From Patescibacteria group bacterium (GTDB lineage Bacteria; Patescibacteriota; Patescibacteriia; Magasanikbacterales; GWA2-37-8), in assembly GCA_041651015.1 (NCBI GenBank), contig JBAZKA010000005.1, forward strand, positions 1,326 through 65,325: DNA of 64,000 nucleotides, read 5' to 3'. Position numbers and translations under genes: made by a program. The notes under the pieces were generated by a model that was given only the letters and a program-made list of their open reading frames with translations, had not been told where the DNA came from and did not search any database. Below are positions 1-8,589 of the stretch, piece after piece. Positions within the stretch are counted from its first letter, which is position 1. Each line of letters opens with the position of its first letter.

Positions 1-96
1 TAAACCGCTCGCAACTACCTGTTGGCAAAATACCTGGTGGCGTCGAACAAGTTTTGTGAGTTTTAACCCCTCCCGGCATCTGCCGCGTGAGGGGTT

Positions 97-1278
97 TTAT
101 TTTAAGATATTTAGCCACTCCCTCCCCGCTTTGTCCCAAGAATATTTTTTCACTTGTTCCAATCCTTTTTGGATATGCCAGTCGCGCAAATTTTTATTAT
201 TCAAAAGTTCATTCATGGCCAAGGCGAGTTGTTCGGGCCGAGTCGGGTCAATCAGATACGCGGCCGAGCCCGTGACCTCGGGTAAAGATGAACGATTGGA
301 AGTAATGACGGGCGTGCCTAGGGACATGGCCTCCAACACCGGAAAACCAAAACCTTCATACAAACTCGGATAGACAAATAAATCCGCAGAGGCGTAAAGC
401 GCGTCTTTGTCTTCGGGCGCGACAAAATTTATAAAATGAATTTTGTCGGCCAAATTGGAATTTTTCGCGCGTGCGTAAATTTCTTCATTTTTCCAACCCG
501 GCGCGCCGGCGATAACCAAGTGTTCAACTGATTGATTTTTCGCGCGGTATGTTTCAAAGGCTTCAATCAAGCCGATGATGTTTTTGCGTGGTTCAATCGT
601 GCCAAGGAATAAAATAAATTTTTCCGGAAGATTGTATTTTTGTTTGATGTCTGTGTTGCGTTTTGGCGTGTCATTCCCGACCTGATCGGGAATCCAGTCG
701 CACCGTCCTGGATCCCCGCCTTCGCGGGGATGACAAATACCAACCCCCGGATAAATCACTTTAATTTTTTCCGGACTGATTTTGTAATAATTCACAATAT
801 CGCGCTTGGTGTTTTCCGATGGGGTGATAATCACATTGGCGCGTTCACATTGATTTTTCGGACGAATGGCTTTGTGCCAAAAAAATTGTTTGCGTGTGGA
901 AAATTTCGGAAACAAGTCAAAAGAAATATCATGAATGGTCAAAATGTATTTTATTTCCCGCGACAGGGCGGTAAAGTTCAGGTTGGGGGAGAACCATAAA
1001 TCAATTTTTTCGGGGAAAACCTTATCCAATTTAGGATATTTGAAAACACCGAGGCCAAAGTTAAAAAATTTATTCGGGATATGCGAGTCAATAATTTTCA
1101 CGTTGGGAAAATCCCATTTTGGAATGTTGGCGGACACATCTCGGCTGGAATTGTAAAACAAAAAATATTGATTGTTTTTATCAAGATTAAAAATCGCATT
1201 CAGAAGTTCATAAGTGTATTCGCCGACTCCCGTGCGCGGGGCGGTCATGAGCGGGCGGATATCAATGCCGATGTTCAT
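97..1278 (-). CDS. Glycosyltransferase family 4 (MtfB/WbpX-like), with an in-frame palindromic insertion
   Basis: MNIGIDIRPL...TGVGEY N-terminus, GTIEPRKN and YPSLYEGFGFPVLEAM GT-B motifs. Confidence 0.9.
   Translation of the reverse strand: MNIGIDIRPLMTAPRTGVGEYTYELLNAIFNLDKNNQYFLFYNSSRDVSANIPKWDFPNVKIIDSHIPNKFFNFGLGVFKYPKLDKVFPEKIDLWFSPNLNFTALSREIKYILTIHDISFDLFPKFSTRKQFFWHKAIRPKNQCERANVIITPSENTKRDIVNYYKISPEKIKVIYPGVGICHPREGGDPGRCDWIPDQVGNDTPKRNTDIKQKYNLPEKFILFLGTIEPRKNIIGLIEAFETYRAKNQSVEHLVIAGAPGWKNEEIYARAKNSNLADKIHFINFVAPEDKDALYASADLFVYPSLYEGFGFPVLEAMSLGTPVITSNRSSLPEVTGSAAYLIDPTRPEQLALAMNELLNNKNLRDWHIQKGLEQVKKYSWDKAGREWLNILK
669..735. repeat. REP/RPE-like paired palindrome (GTCATTCCCG...GGGATGAC) inside the glycosyltransferase CDS
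   Basis: tgtcattcccgacctgatcgggaatccag...ctggatccccgccttcgcggggatgaca; reads CHPREGGDPGRCDWIPDQVGND in frame. Confidence 0.85.
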
Positions 1279-1304
1279 ACCCCGTAGAAGAATTTTGAAT
1301 AAAT

Positions 1305-2426
1305 TTATCCTATCAAACTCGTTTGGTTCATTTTATTTTGGAAATCATCCCAATAATCATTGACCGCGCGCGTCATTTTTTCCTGGAACACGGCCGTGTC
1401 AAATTTTTTCGCGTGTTCGCGGATGGCCGCTGCGTCCCAATTGGCATGATTGAATTTCAATATCGTATCCAAAAGCGATTCCCAATTTTGTTTTTTAAAA
1501 AACACTCCGGTCTGGTTTTCCAAAATCGTTTCGGTCGCGCCACCGCTCTCGTAAGCGATGACCGGCCGGCCCGAAGCCATGGCCTCCACCGCGGTAATGC
1601 CAAAGTCCTCAATCTGCGGATTGATAAAAGCGCGGGCGCGGGACAGTAATTTTATTTTTTCTTCTTCGGAGATAACGCCGAGAAATTCAATATTCGGCCG
1701 GGCAATGTTTTTTAATTTTGTCAGCTCCGGTCCGTCGCCGAAAATTTTAAGCGGTTCTCGTAAACGGTTAAAAGCGGCGATTAGCAAATCAAATTTTTTG
1801 TAAGGCACCATGCGTCCACCCGAGACAAAATAATCCTCGATGTTGCTTGAAGTCATGAATTTATTAATTTCAATCGGCGGATGTATGATTGTGGACTCAC
1901 GGCGATAATATTTGCGGATTCTTTGTTCCACAGTTTTGGAATTGGCGATAAAATGGTCCACGCGGTCCGCGCTCATTTTGTCCCACAGGCGCAACCTGTG
2001 TAATATATTTGGTAAAAATGCCTTTACCGCCGGCGACTGATTTAGCTCGGTGATATATTCATTGGAATCAGCCCAGAGATAGCGGGGCGGGGTGTGGCAA
2101 TAAGAAATGTGCAAGGTGCCGGGCGGGGTAATGACGCCTTTGGCAAACGCGCTGGTGGAGGATAAGACCACGTCAAAATCGCGCAGGTCATGATGCTCGG
2201 TCGCGGATGGCATCCAGGGCAAATACCATTGAAAAGCCGAGCGGACAAATGGCATCTTGGCCAAAAACGATTCTTTGATTTTTTCTTGGTCAAAATAATT
2301 TATTTTTTTCTTATCATGAAACAAAACAAAAATTGGCGCCTCGGGCCAAGTTTCGTGGAGGGCTTTGAGTACTCGTTCGGCCCCTCCGTCTTGTGATAAA
2401 TAATCGTGGACTAATGCTAAACGCAT
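1305..2426 (-). CDS. Glycosyltransferase family 4 (WbaZ-like)
   Basis: MRLALVHDYL..GGAERV, YCHTPPRYLW, EDFGITAVEAMASGRPV; start placed at MRLALV. Confidence 0.9.
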   Translation of the reverse strand: MRLALVHDYLSQDGGAERVLKALHETWPEAPIFVLFHDKKKINYFDQEKIKESFLAKMPFVRSAFQWYLPWMPSATEHHDLRDFDVVLSSTSAFAKGVITPPGTLHISYCHTPPRYLWADSNEYITELNQSPAVKAFLPNILHRLRLWDKMSADRVDHFIANSKTVEQRIRKYYRRESTIIHPPIEINKFMTSSNIEDYFVSGGRMVPYKKFDLLIAAFNRLREPLKIFGDGPELTKLKNIARPNIEFLGVISEEEKIKLLSRARAFINPQIEDFGITAVEAMASGRPVIAYESGGATETILENQTGVFFKKQNWESLLDTILKFNHANWDAAAIREHAKKFDTAVFQEKMTRAVNDYWDDFQNKMNQTSLIG

Positions 2427-2907
2427 ATAATCGATGCAAATATACGAATTTATTCGAATAATACGAATGTGCGAATCATTCAAAATTAGTTTTGTTTTTT
2501 GTTTCAATTTTTATTATTCTCATGGGTTTGAGAAAACGGCTCCTAAAATTTATCAGCATTCCAAGTTTGTAATTATTTAGTTGTAAATATTTTTGTAGCT
2601 GGTAGTAATCATTTTTGATAATGAATGGTTTTGCTTTTAATTCCAGAACAATTTTTTCATCGACCACGAAATCCATAATATTACCGTATTCTGTTTGTCT
2701 CGCTTCTCTTTTGAAAGCAATATTATTTTCTTTAAATTTCATTTCAAGTAGATCCCCGTATTGTTTTTCTCTACAGAAACGGCCGAGTTCGTTATGAACG
2801 GCATAACAAATTCCGTTTATTTTGTATGACAACTCCGGATAAATAATTTTCCCCTCCATAGAATATTATTCGTATAATTCGCATGCATTCGTATATTAGT
2901 ATCGCGT
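2427..2907 (-). mobile_element. Putative palindromic element carrying the GxxExxY gene in its loop
   Basis: Ends 2867-2907 and 2427-2468 recur joined together, without the gene, at 6422-6503. Confidence 0.65.
2476..2859 (-). CDS. GxxExxY family protein (PD-(D/E)XK nuclease-like)
   Basis: YPELSYKING..VHNELGRFCREKQY, DFVVDEKIVLELKAK, QLQKYL, LGMLINF. Confidence 0.9.
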   Translation of the reverse strand: MEGKIIYPELSYKINGICYAVHNELGRFCREKQYGDLLEMKFKENNIAFKREARQTEYGNIMDFVVDEKIVLELKAKPFIIKNDYYQLQKYLQLNNYKLGMLINFRSRFLKPMRIIKIETKNKTNFE

Positions 2908-2909
2908 TT

Positions 2910-4328
2910 CTACCAGGCTCCTTTTCTTCGGATTACCACAAACGGCGTCTTTATTAAAATAATCAAATCAATCAGTAGGCTCCAATTTTCAATATAAAAA
3001 GCGTCCAATTTTACTTCGTCTTCAAAACTCAAATCACTGCGCCCGGAAATTTGCGCCATGCCGGTGACGCCCGGCTTAATCGCCAAAACGATTTTGTGGT
3101 GTTTGGCGTATTGGGCCACCTCGCGCGGTTGATGCGGGCGCGGGCCGACCAAACTCATTTGCCCGATGAACACATTCCAAAATTGCGGGATTTCATCAAG
3201 GCTCCACTGGCGGATAAACCGTCCGAATTTCGTCACCCGCGGGTCGCCTGCGATTTTGTAAACCGGCCCCTCTTTAATGTTTTTCTTGGCAATCAATTCA
3301 GCTTCTTTTTTCAAGGCTTCGTCGCCGGACGCGCCAAATTGCAGGCCGGTGCAATCCTTTTGAAACATGGAACGGAATTTGTAAGTAAAGAATTTTTTGC
3401 CATAAGCGCCGACCCGTTCGTTTTTGTAAAACACCGGCCGTCCGGTTTCGCATAAAATAATAATGGAAACCACTAGATACACGGGCGATAAAATTATCAG
3501 CAAAATTAAACTGCCAATAATGTCAGATGCGCGTTTAAAAATCCTACCCCAGCCGGTCAAGCGCGTCCGGCGTAATTCAATAATCGGCACACCGGCGATG
3601 GTGGTGACAGTCATGTTGGTGGAGATTGAAGCAAACAAGTCGGCTGAATATTTGAAAGAAATGTTTTGGTCATTGGCAAAATCCACTGCTTGCAAGGCCC
3701 CGTCCTCATTGGCTTTTGGGTCGGTAAAAATAATTTCGTCCGGCTTGAGCGCGAGGATTTGTGTTTGGGTATTGGCGTCAAAACGGGAAAATGTGCCCAC
3801 TAATTTAAAACCGGAATTGGCGTGGCGTTTCAAGGAATTGGCAATCACTTCGGCCACGGCTTGCGAGCCGACCACAACGGTCCGGCGCAGTCCCACGCCA
3901 AATTTATAAAATAATTTTTTTAGCCCGAGCACGAGCATCCGGCCGATGAAAACATAAAGGATGGATAATAACCAGCCGGCGAGTACGAGGAATCGGGAAT
4001 CAAATTTTTGCAAAGTAAAAAATACGTAAATGGTGATGCCGGCAAATCCCGTGGAGCAGGCGAAAATTATTTTCGGCAAATCGCGCGCCATTTTTCTTTG
4101 TCCCGAGGTATTGTAGAGTCCGGCTAAAGCAAAAATTAAAACCCAAACTCCGGCCACGAACATTACAATCGGCCAGAATTTGTCCCAAGAAATATTAAAA
4201 AGCACGGGCCTGATGGCGCGCATGGATTCGGTGAAGCGGAGCGCGTAGGCGGTAAATCCGGCCAGCATTACGGCCGTGAAATCAATCGGTACTTGCGCCA
4301 CGGCAAAAGTTAGTTCAAATTTTTTCAT
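2910..4328 (-). CDS. Polyprenyl-phosphate sugar transferase (WcaJ/WbaP family)
   Basis: N-terminal TM helices; KRASDI, FKFRSM-like [45 protein letters not shown]. Confidence 0.92.
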   Translation of the reverse strand: MKKFELTFAVAQVPIDFTAVMLAGFTAYALRFTESMRAIRPVLFNISWDKFWPIVMFVAGVWVLIFALAGLYNTSGQRKMARDLPKIIFACSTGFAGITIYVFFTLQKFDSRFLVLAGWLLSILYVFIGRMLVLGLKKLFYKFGVGLRRTVVVGSQAVAEVIANSLKRHANSGFKLVGTFSRFDANTQTQILALKPDEIIFTDPKANEDGALQAVDFANDQNISFKYSADLFASISTNMTVTTIAGVPIIELRRTRLTGWGRIFKRASDIIGSLILLIILSPVYLVVSIIILCETGRPVFYKNERVGAYGKKFFTYKFRSMFQKDCTGLQFGASGDEALKKEAELIAKKNIKEGPVYKIAGDPRVTKFGRFIRQWSLDEIPQFWNVFIGQMSLVGPRPHQPREVAQYAKHHKIVLAIKPGVTGMAQISGRSDLSFEDEVKLDAFYIENWSLLIDLIILIKTPFVVIRRKGAW

Positions 4329-4336
4329 ATTGAAAA

Positions 4337-5125
4337 TTATTTCCGGTTTTCGTTTAATGCTTGAACGAGCTTTTCGCGAAGAAAATTTATTTTTTCCTTG
4401 TTGATGACGCTGTGTTTCTCTGTACGTTCGGTGTGATTGTCTAATTGAGATAAAATTTCTTCAATGATTTTATTTCTGAGTGGATGGCTATCTATATCTC
4501 CCTCCATTTGTTTTATGTTGGATTCGTCAGTTTCTTTTGAGAATCCTTTATTTTTGAAAGTTATCAGATCGTTAACCATAACGATAAGTTCGTTTGCGTC
4601 TTCTTTGGAAAAATTCACAGTAGCGAGCGCGGTATCAATAGCACAATGTTTTTCCGGATCAATCGGCGATTGATAATATTTAATACTCAGCGGTTCGTTC
4701 GCTCGCGTCAACGGCTTGTCGTTCGCTGAATCCACAATTAAATTTAATGCGAGTGGTATCTCCTCGCCATCGTCATAGACGATAACCAAATCCACTCCGT
4801 TTAATTTCTGGTCGTACTTGCTTGTTTGTCCGGTGTTGGCATCTTTGCCAAACCAATTAAATTTTTGGCCAAGCAAAAATACCGTTTCTCTCAATGTATC
4901 TTTCAAGATGTCATTGTATTTTTTTGCCTCGGCTTCCGATCTCTCCATATCAGTGACGACTTCACCTTTGTCATAATATGCGCCGATAAATTTACGCATA
5001 TTGACTTGTTCGGCTTCGTTTTCGGAGGTGAGATTATCAAAAATATGACGCAAAGTGGCAGCATTGCGTACCTCGTTCTTAATTGATCCATTTTCGTCCG
5101 ATGTTTGGAAACGACTCTCGTTCAT
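4337..5125 (-). CDS. Hypothetical protein
   Basis: 262-aa ORF co-oriented with the operon; YDQKLNGVDLVI faintly resembles PD-(D/E)XK-like CPR hypotheticals. Confidence 0.65.
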   Translation of the reverse strand: MNESRFQTSDENGSIKNEVRNAATLRHIFDNLTSENEAEQVNMRKFIGAYYDKGEVVTDMERSEAEAKKYNDILKDTLRETVFLLGQKFNWFGKDANTGQTSKYDQKLNGVDLVIVYDDGEEIPLALNLIVDSANDKPLTRANEPLSIKYYQSPIDPEKHCAIDTALATVNFSKEDANELIVMVNDLITFKNKGFSKETDESNIKQMEGDIDSHPLRNKIIEEILSQLDNHTERTEKHSVINKEKINFLREKLVQALNENRK

Positions 5126-5252
5126 ATTTTTATGATAATTTAGCGTGATTTGCGCGTAAGATAATTTTAGGTTATTTTTGAGGCAAAGTCAATATAAAAT
5201 AAAAAGCCCCCCACCACTTTTTCCACGAGGCAAAAGTGGTGGGGGACGGGGG

Positions 5253-6341
5253 TTACCAATTTAGACCGGGGTCGGTCATGTCAATCGGGGTGTTTTTTAA
5301 GAACTCAATCAGCTTGGGGTCAAAAGATCCTCTGGCGATCGGTATCCACTGCTGTTTGTATCTCGGGGCGAGAATTCTTTCCAAGTCGCGTTCAGTGGAA
5401 AGAGCGATGAGCATGGACGGATCAACCTCGGGAATAGCGTCTTGCAAACGCGCGTAGATCTTTTCTATTATCTTCCAAAGCTCGTCTTCGCGATTGATGA
5501 CGTGGTAAATGTCGTCGTACATGATTTTGTACATCGCGAGGAAATTTTTTGCCGCTTCGGAACACTCAAAACTGGCGTAACCTTTTTTCGCCGATTCCAA
5601 GACAAGCGCGTTGATGCAGTTTTCTATCATGGCCTCGGCTGAACCACCAAACCAGCGGTAAAGACGAAAAAGATTTTTGTTTTTCGTTGGCAGGCTAATT
5701 CCTTTGGCCAAGAAGTAAGCAATGTCTTTGGCCACAAATTCTATTTTGTCGGCGAACATCACGATTGTCCACTCGGGCGGGCCGGTCCTTGCGACGAGCG
5801 GACCGCCGTTGCTGGTGTGGGCCAAGATGCCGCCAAAAGTCAGGTTGGTGAGCGGGATGCCGCGCCCATTGTTGTCTATCTTTTGCAGGACAATTGGGCC
5901 GTTAGTACTATGATGAAATTTGCGTCCGAATTTTTCCGAGAATGTCTTTTCGGTGCTGTGTGCGTATGGAACATGGCCGGAATCGTGGCAGATGGCGACT
6001 ACTTCGGCGAGCATCTCGTTCAAGCCGAGCAACTGAGCGATCCTTTTGGCGATGTAAGCGACTCCGATGGTGTGGTCGGCGCGAGTGCGGACGTCTCCCG
6101 TAAGAAAATATGCCGGTATCACTTGCGTTTTATCCACGAGACGCCGGAAGGCCGCGCTCAAGGTGATAATCAGCAAGTAGTCAAGCGCGAACGGCGAGAT
6201 GTTGCGCGGAAAGTTTGTGAGCGTCGCGTCGGCATTGGGATGACGACGAGCTTTGCTTTCATCGGTGCGTAAACTTTTTAAACACCCGATAACATTATCA
6301 AGTGGTTGTGGGTTGTAACGAGCGGCTGTTTGCTTTCCCAT
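5253..6341 (-). CDS. HD-domain phosphohydrolase, dGTPase-like
   Basis: AFRRLVDKTQV, RTRADHT, CHDSGHVPYAH, FADKI; strong AGGAGG RBS. Confidence 0.8.
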   Translation of the reverse strand: MGKQTAARYNPQPLDNVIGCLKSLRTDESKARRHPNADATLTNFPRNISPFALDYLLIITLSAAFRRLVDKTQVIPAYFLTGDVRTRADHTIGVAYIAKRIAQLLGLNEMLAEVVAICHDSGHVPYAHSTEKTFSEKFGRKFHHSTNGPIVLQKIDNNGRGIPLTNLTFGGILAHTSNGGPLVARTGPPEWTIVMFADKIEFVAKDIAYFLAKGISLPTKNKNLFRLYRWFGGSAEAMIENCINALVLESAKKGYASFECSEAAKNFLAMYKIMYDDIYHVINREDELWKIIEKIYARLQDAIPEVDPSMLIALSTERDLERILAPRYKQQWIPIARGSFDPKLIEFLKNTPIDMTDPGLNW

Positions 6342-6421
6342 TGTATCTTCCTCCTTTTGAGGTGAATGAACGTTTTGTTTGCTTAAACCCTATCAAAAAT
6401 ACAGTAAATGTCAAGTGTTTG

Positions 6422-6503
6422 ACGCGATGCTAATATACGAACGCATGCGAATTATACAAATATTTGTATTATTCGAATAAATTCGTATATTTGCATCGAT
6501 TAT
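6422..6503 (+). repeat. Empty (gene-less) copy of the GxxExxY-flanking palindromic element
   Basis: 6422-6462 matches the reverse complement of 2867-2907 at 38/41 nt; 6462-6503 matches the reverse complement of 2427-2468 at 41/42 nt. Confidence 0.85.
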
Positions 6504-6505
6504 GA

Positions 6506-6534
6506 TTGACAAAAACCCCAAAATGTGCTATAGT
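6506..6534 (+). promoter_or_regulatory. Sigma70-type promoter for rnpB
   Basis: TTGACA-17 nt-TATAGT ending 6 nt before the RNase P 5' end. Confidence 0.75.
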
Positions 6535-6540
6535 AGTATG

Positions 6541-7052
6541 GTTCATTAAAAAGCAATCGCTCGTCTTCGTCCTACGGACTACGCCGAGCAAGCCTTCTTT
6601 TCTAAGTGGGGCTTGCCCGCCGAAGCCCGAAGGGCGAAGGCGGGAGGAAAGTCCGAACACGCGACGTTAAATCGTAAAGGTAGCGGGTAACGCCCGTCCG
6701 TCCGCCCTAGGCGGACGAGAGGTGCGAGCAGAGACGTCTTTGGTTGAAAAGCCAAAGAGAGCAAACCCCAAGTTTGTGTTAATCATAAATGAGCTTAGCT
6801 TCAATCAAGGGGATAAAAGATTGAAGGTGAAACGGCAAAATCCTTACCTGCGTGCAAGAGCAGAGTTCCGTCCGCCTAGGCGGACTGGATAAAAAGTTCG
6901 CTCGCTTGATCGTGTAGAGCAATTTATGCGACAGAGAAATGATTGCCCCGGCTTCGTCCTGCGGACTACGCACGGGCAAGTGTCTTGAAAAAGATGAACT
7001 TGTCCGGCGAAGCGCAGCGGAGTCGGACAAAATTCGGCTTATTATAATGAAC
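6541..7052 (+). ncRNA. rnpB: RNase P RNA, enlarged by palindromic insertions
   Basis: GAGGAAAGTCCGAAC, GGTGAAACGGC and ACAAAATTCGGCTTA universal motifs; P1 gttcatta/taatgaac; followed by a terminator. Confidence 0.92.
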
Positions 7053-7054
7053 AA

Positions 7055-7082
7055 AAAACAACTCCCGCAAGGGAGTTGTTTT
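7055..7082. terminator. Intrinsic terminator, probably bidirectional
   Basis: aaaacaactccc-gcaa-gggagttgtttt. Confidence 0.8.
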
Positions 7083-7140
7083 GATTTGATAAAAATTCGG
7101 CGTATCGTCTCAAAGTGAGACGATAATTTTTTGCCAAAGT

Positions 7141-7959
7141 TTATCGCATTTGTTTTCGCCGTGTAAGCGATAAATAATTATTTTTACTGACAATTTTTTT
7201 TCCTGTTTCTTGTTCCATTTTTCGTCTGGCCAATCCTGACACACCGCCGCCACGCTTCGCGGTTTTTTTGTTTTCCGTAAGCCCAATGGGATTTTCCACT
7301 TTTGTAATTTCTGTTGTCGCCGCTTCACCGAGCATGGAAAATATCAATTCCAAATCATTCATGTGATCGCGTAAATTTTCTCGTTTCAATCCTTTGAGTT
7401 TTTTATGCTGGCTTGGAGTCAAACCAAACGCGGCTTTGGCGATTTCCGCGGTTAAAATCTCATATTCTTTTTTTTCTTTGACGCCGTGTTTGTTCCACTC
7501 GTCGGTTAAAGTTTCGCGAATTTCAATTCCGCGCATTCGTTTTTCAATCCAGCTATCGGGGTAGCCCTTTAATTTGTAAAGCATACGAGTGCGTTTGGCG
7601 CCGAGCTCGGGATTTTCAATTTCTTGAACGCGTTCATAACCGACTTTGGCCAGCCAGCGTTTGAACGGCTCGGCTTTGGGCGAGGGGATTGATTGGATGA
7701 TACGAAAAATACCTTCGGTGTTGGCACAGTTCATTTGTTGCCGTCCGCCGGCTGTGGCCACCCCAAGGGTATGGACAAATTGTCCATACCCTTTGGACAG
7801 TTCTTCGTCTCTGAGTCGTAGTTTGTTAATATAATCCTTTGGGTTTGGCGTGTCTGTTAACGCCGAGATAATATCTTCCACAACAAACCACCATTCCTTT
7901 TCAAATAACGTTTTGCGAATTTCCTTTTTTTGGAAAAGCGCGATTTTTGTGTCCTCCAT
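7141..7959 (-). CDS. Bro-N domain protein
   Basis: EWWFVVEDII, TAGGRQQM..ANTEGIFRIIQSIPSPKAEPFKRWLAKVGYER. Confidence 0.88.
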   Translation of the reverse strand: MEDTKIALFQKKEIRKTLFEKEWWFVVEDIISALTDTPNPKDYINKLRLRDEELSKGYGQFVHTLGVATAGGRQQMNCANTEGIFRIIQSIPSPKAEPFKRWLAKVGYERVQEIENPELGAKRTRMLYKLKGYPDSWIEKRMRGIEIRETLTDEWNKHGVKEKKEYEILTAEIAKAAFGLTPSQHKKLKGLKRENLRDHMNDLELIFSMLGEAATTEITKVENPIGLTENKKTAKRGGGVSGLARRKMEQETGKKIVSKNNYLSLTRRKQMR

Positions 7960-8118
7960 AGCTATGTTAGTTATTGTTAAATAAATACGATGAACGTTTG
8001 TTCACCTAAACATTATACGCCAAAAAATGGAGATGGTAAATTGTGGAGTGTGGACAATAATTTGACGAAAAGTTAATGGGGGGGGGTAGAATATAGGGGT
8101 TATAATATATACATTAAC

Positions 8119-8415
8119 ATGAAAAAAATTATTGCAGGCATCGTCGTATTATTTGTTGTAGTATATTTTTGGCAATATTATATTCCATATTCTATTCCGC
8201 GAGTTGACGAGAGGGATTTTCCAACGGGTTCTTCTACTATGGTATGCAAATCAATATATTCCGGACGATTAATTTATTCGAATAATCCTATTAATCCGAC
8301 GGTTGATCAGAAATTTTACGATAGTCGTGGAAATTTATTAACTTCAGAACCGAAGTTTATCAGGTGTATTTTTACTACAGTGGAGCATTATAACTCGATT
8401 GTAACGTCAAGATAA
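8119..8415 (+). CDS. Small hypothetical membrane-anchored protein
   Basis: MKKIIAGIVVLFVVVYFW anchor; has its own promoter and a terminator at 8441-8472. Confidence 0.65.
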   Translation: MKKIIAGIVVLFVVVYFWQYYIPYSIPRVDERDFPTGSSTMVCKSIYSGRLIYSNNPINPTVDQKFYDSRGNLLTSEPKFIRCIFTTVEHYNSIVTSR

Positions 8416-8495
8416 GATTGTTGGGTAGTATAATAATTCCAAAATCCCCACCGCGCGCGCGGTGGGGATTTTGTATCTAATTTTTTTTTGCGACA

Positions 8496-8532
8496 AGGGA
8501 TTCCTCCCCGCCCAAGGCGGGTCGGAATGACA
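8496..8532. repeat. REP-like half element (GGGATTCC..CCGCCCAAGGCGG..GGAATGAC)
   Basis: Same family as the insertion at 20193-20296. Confidence 0.7.
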
Positions 8533-8589
8533 AGTTGACATATCGTGTCATCATTTTCATCAAGCAACGCGATTCATCAATTTCATCAT

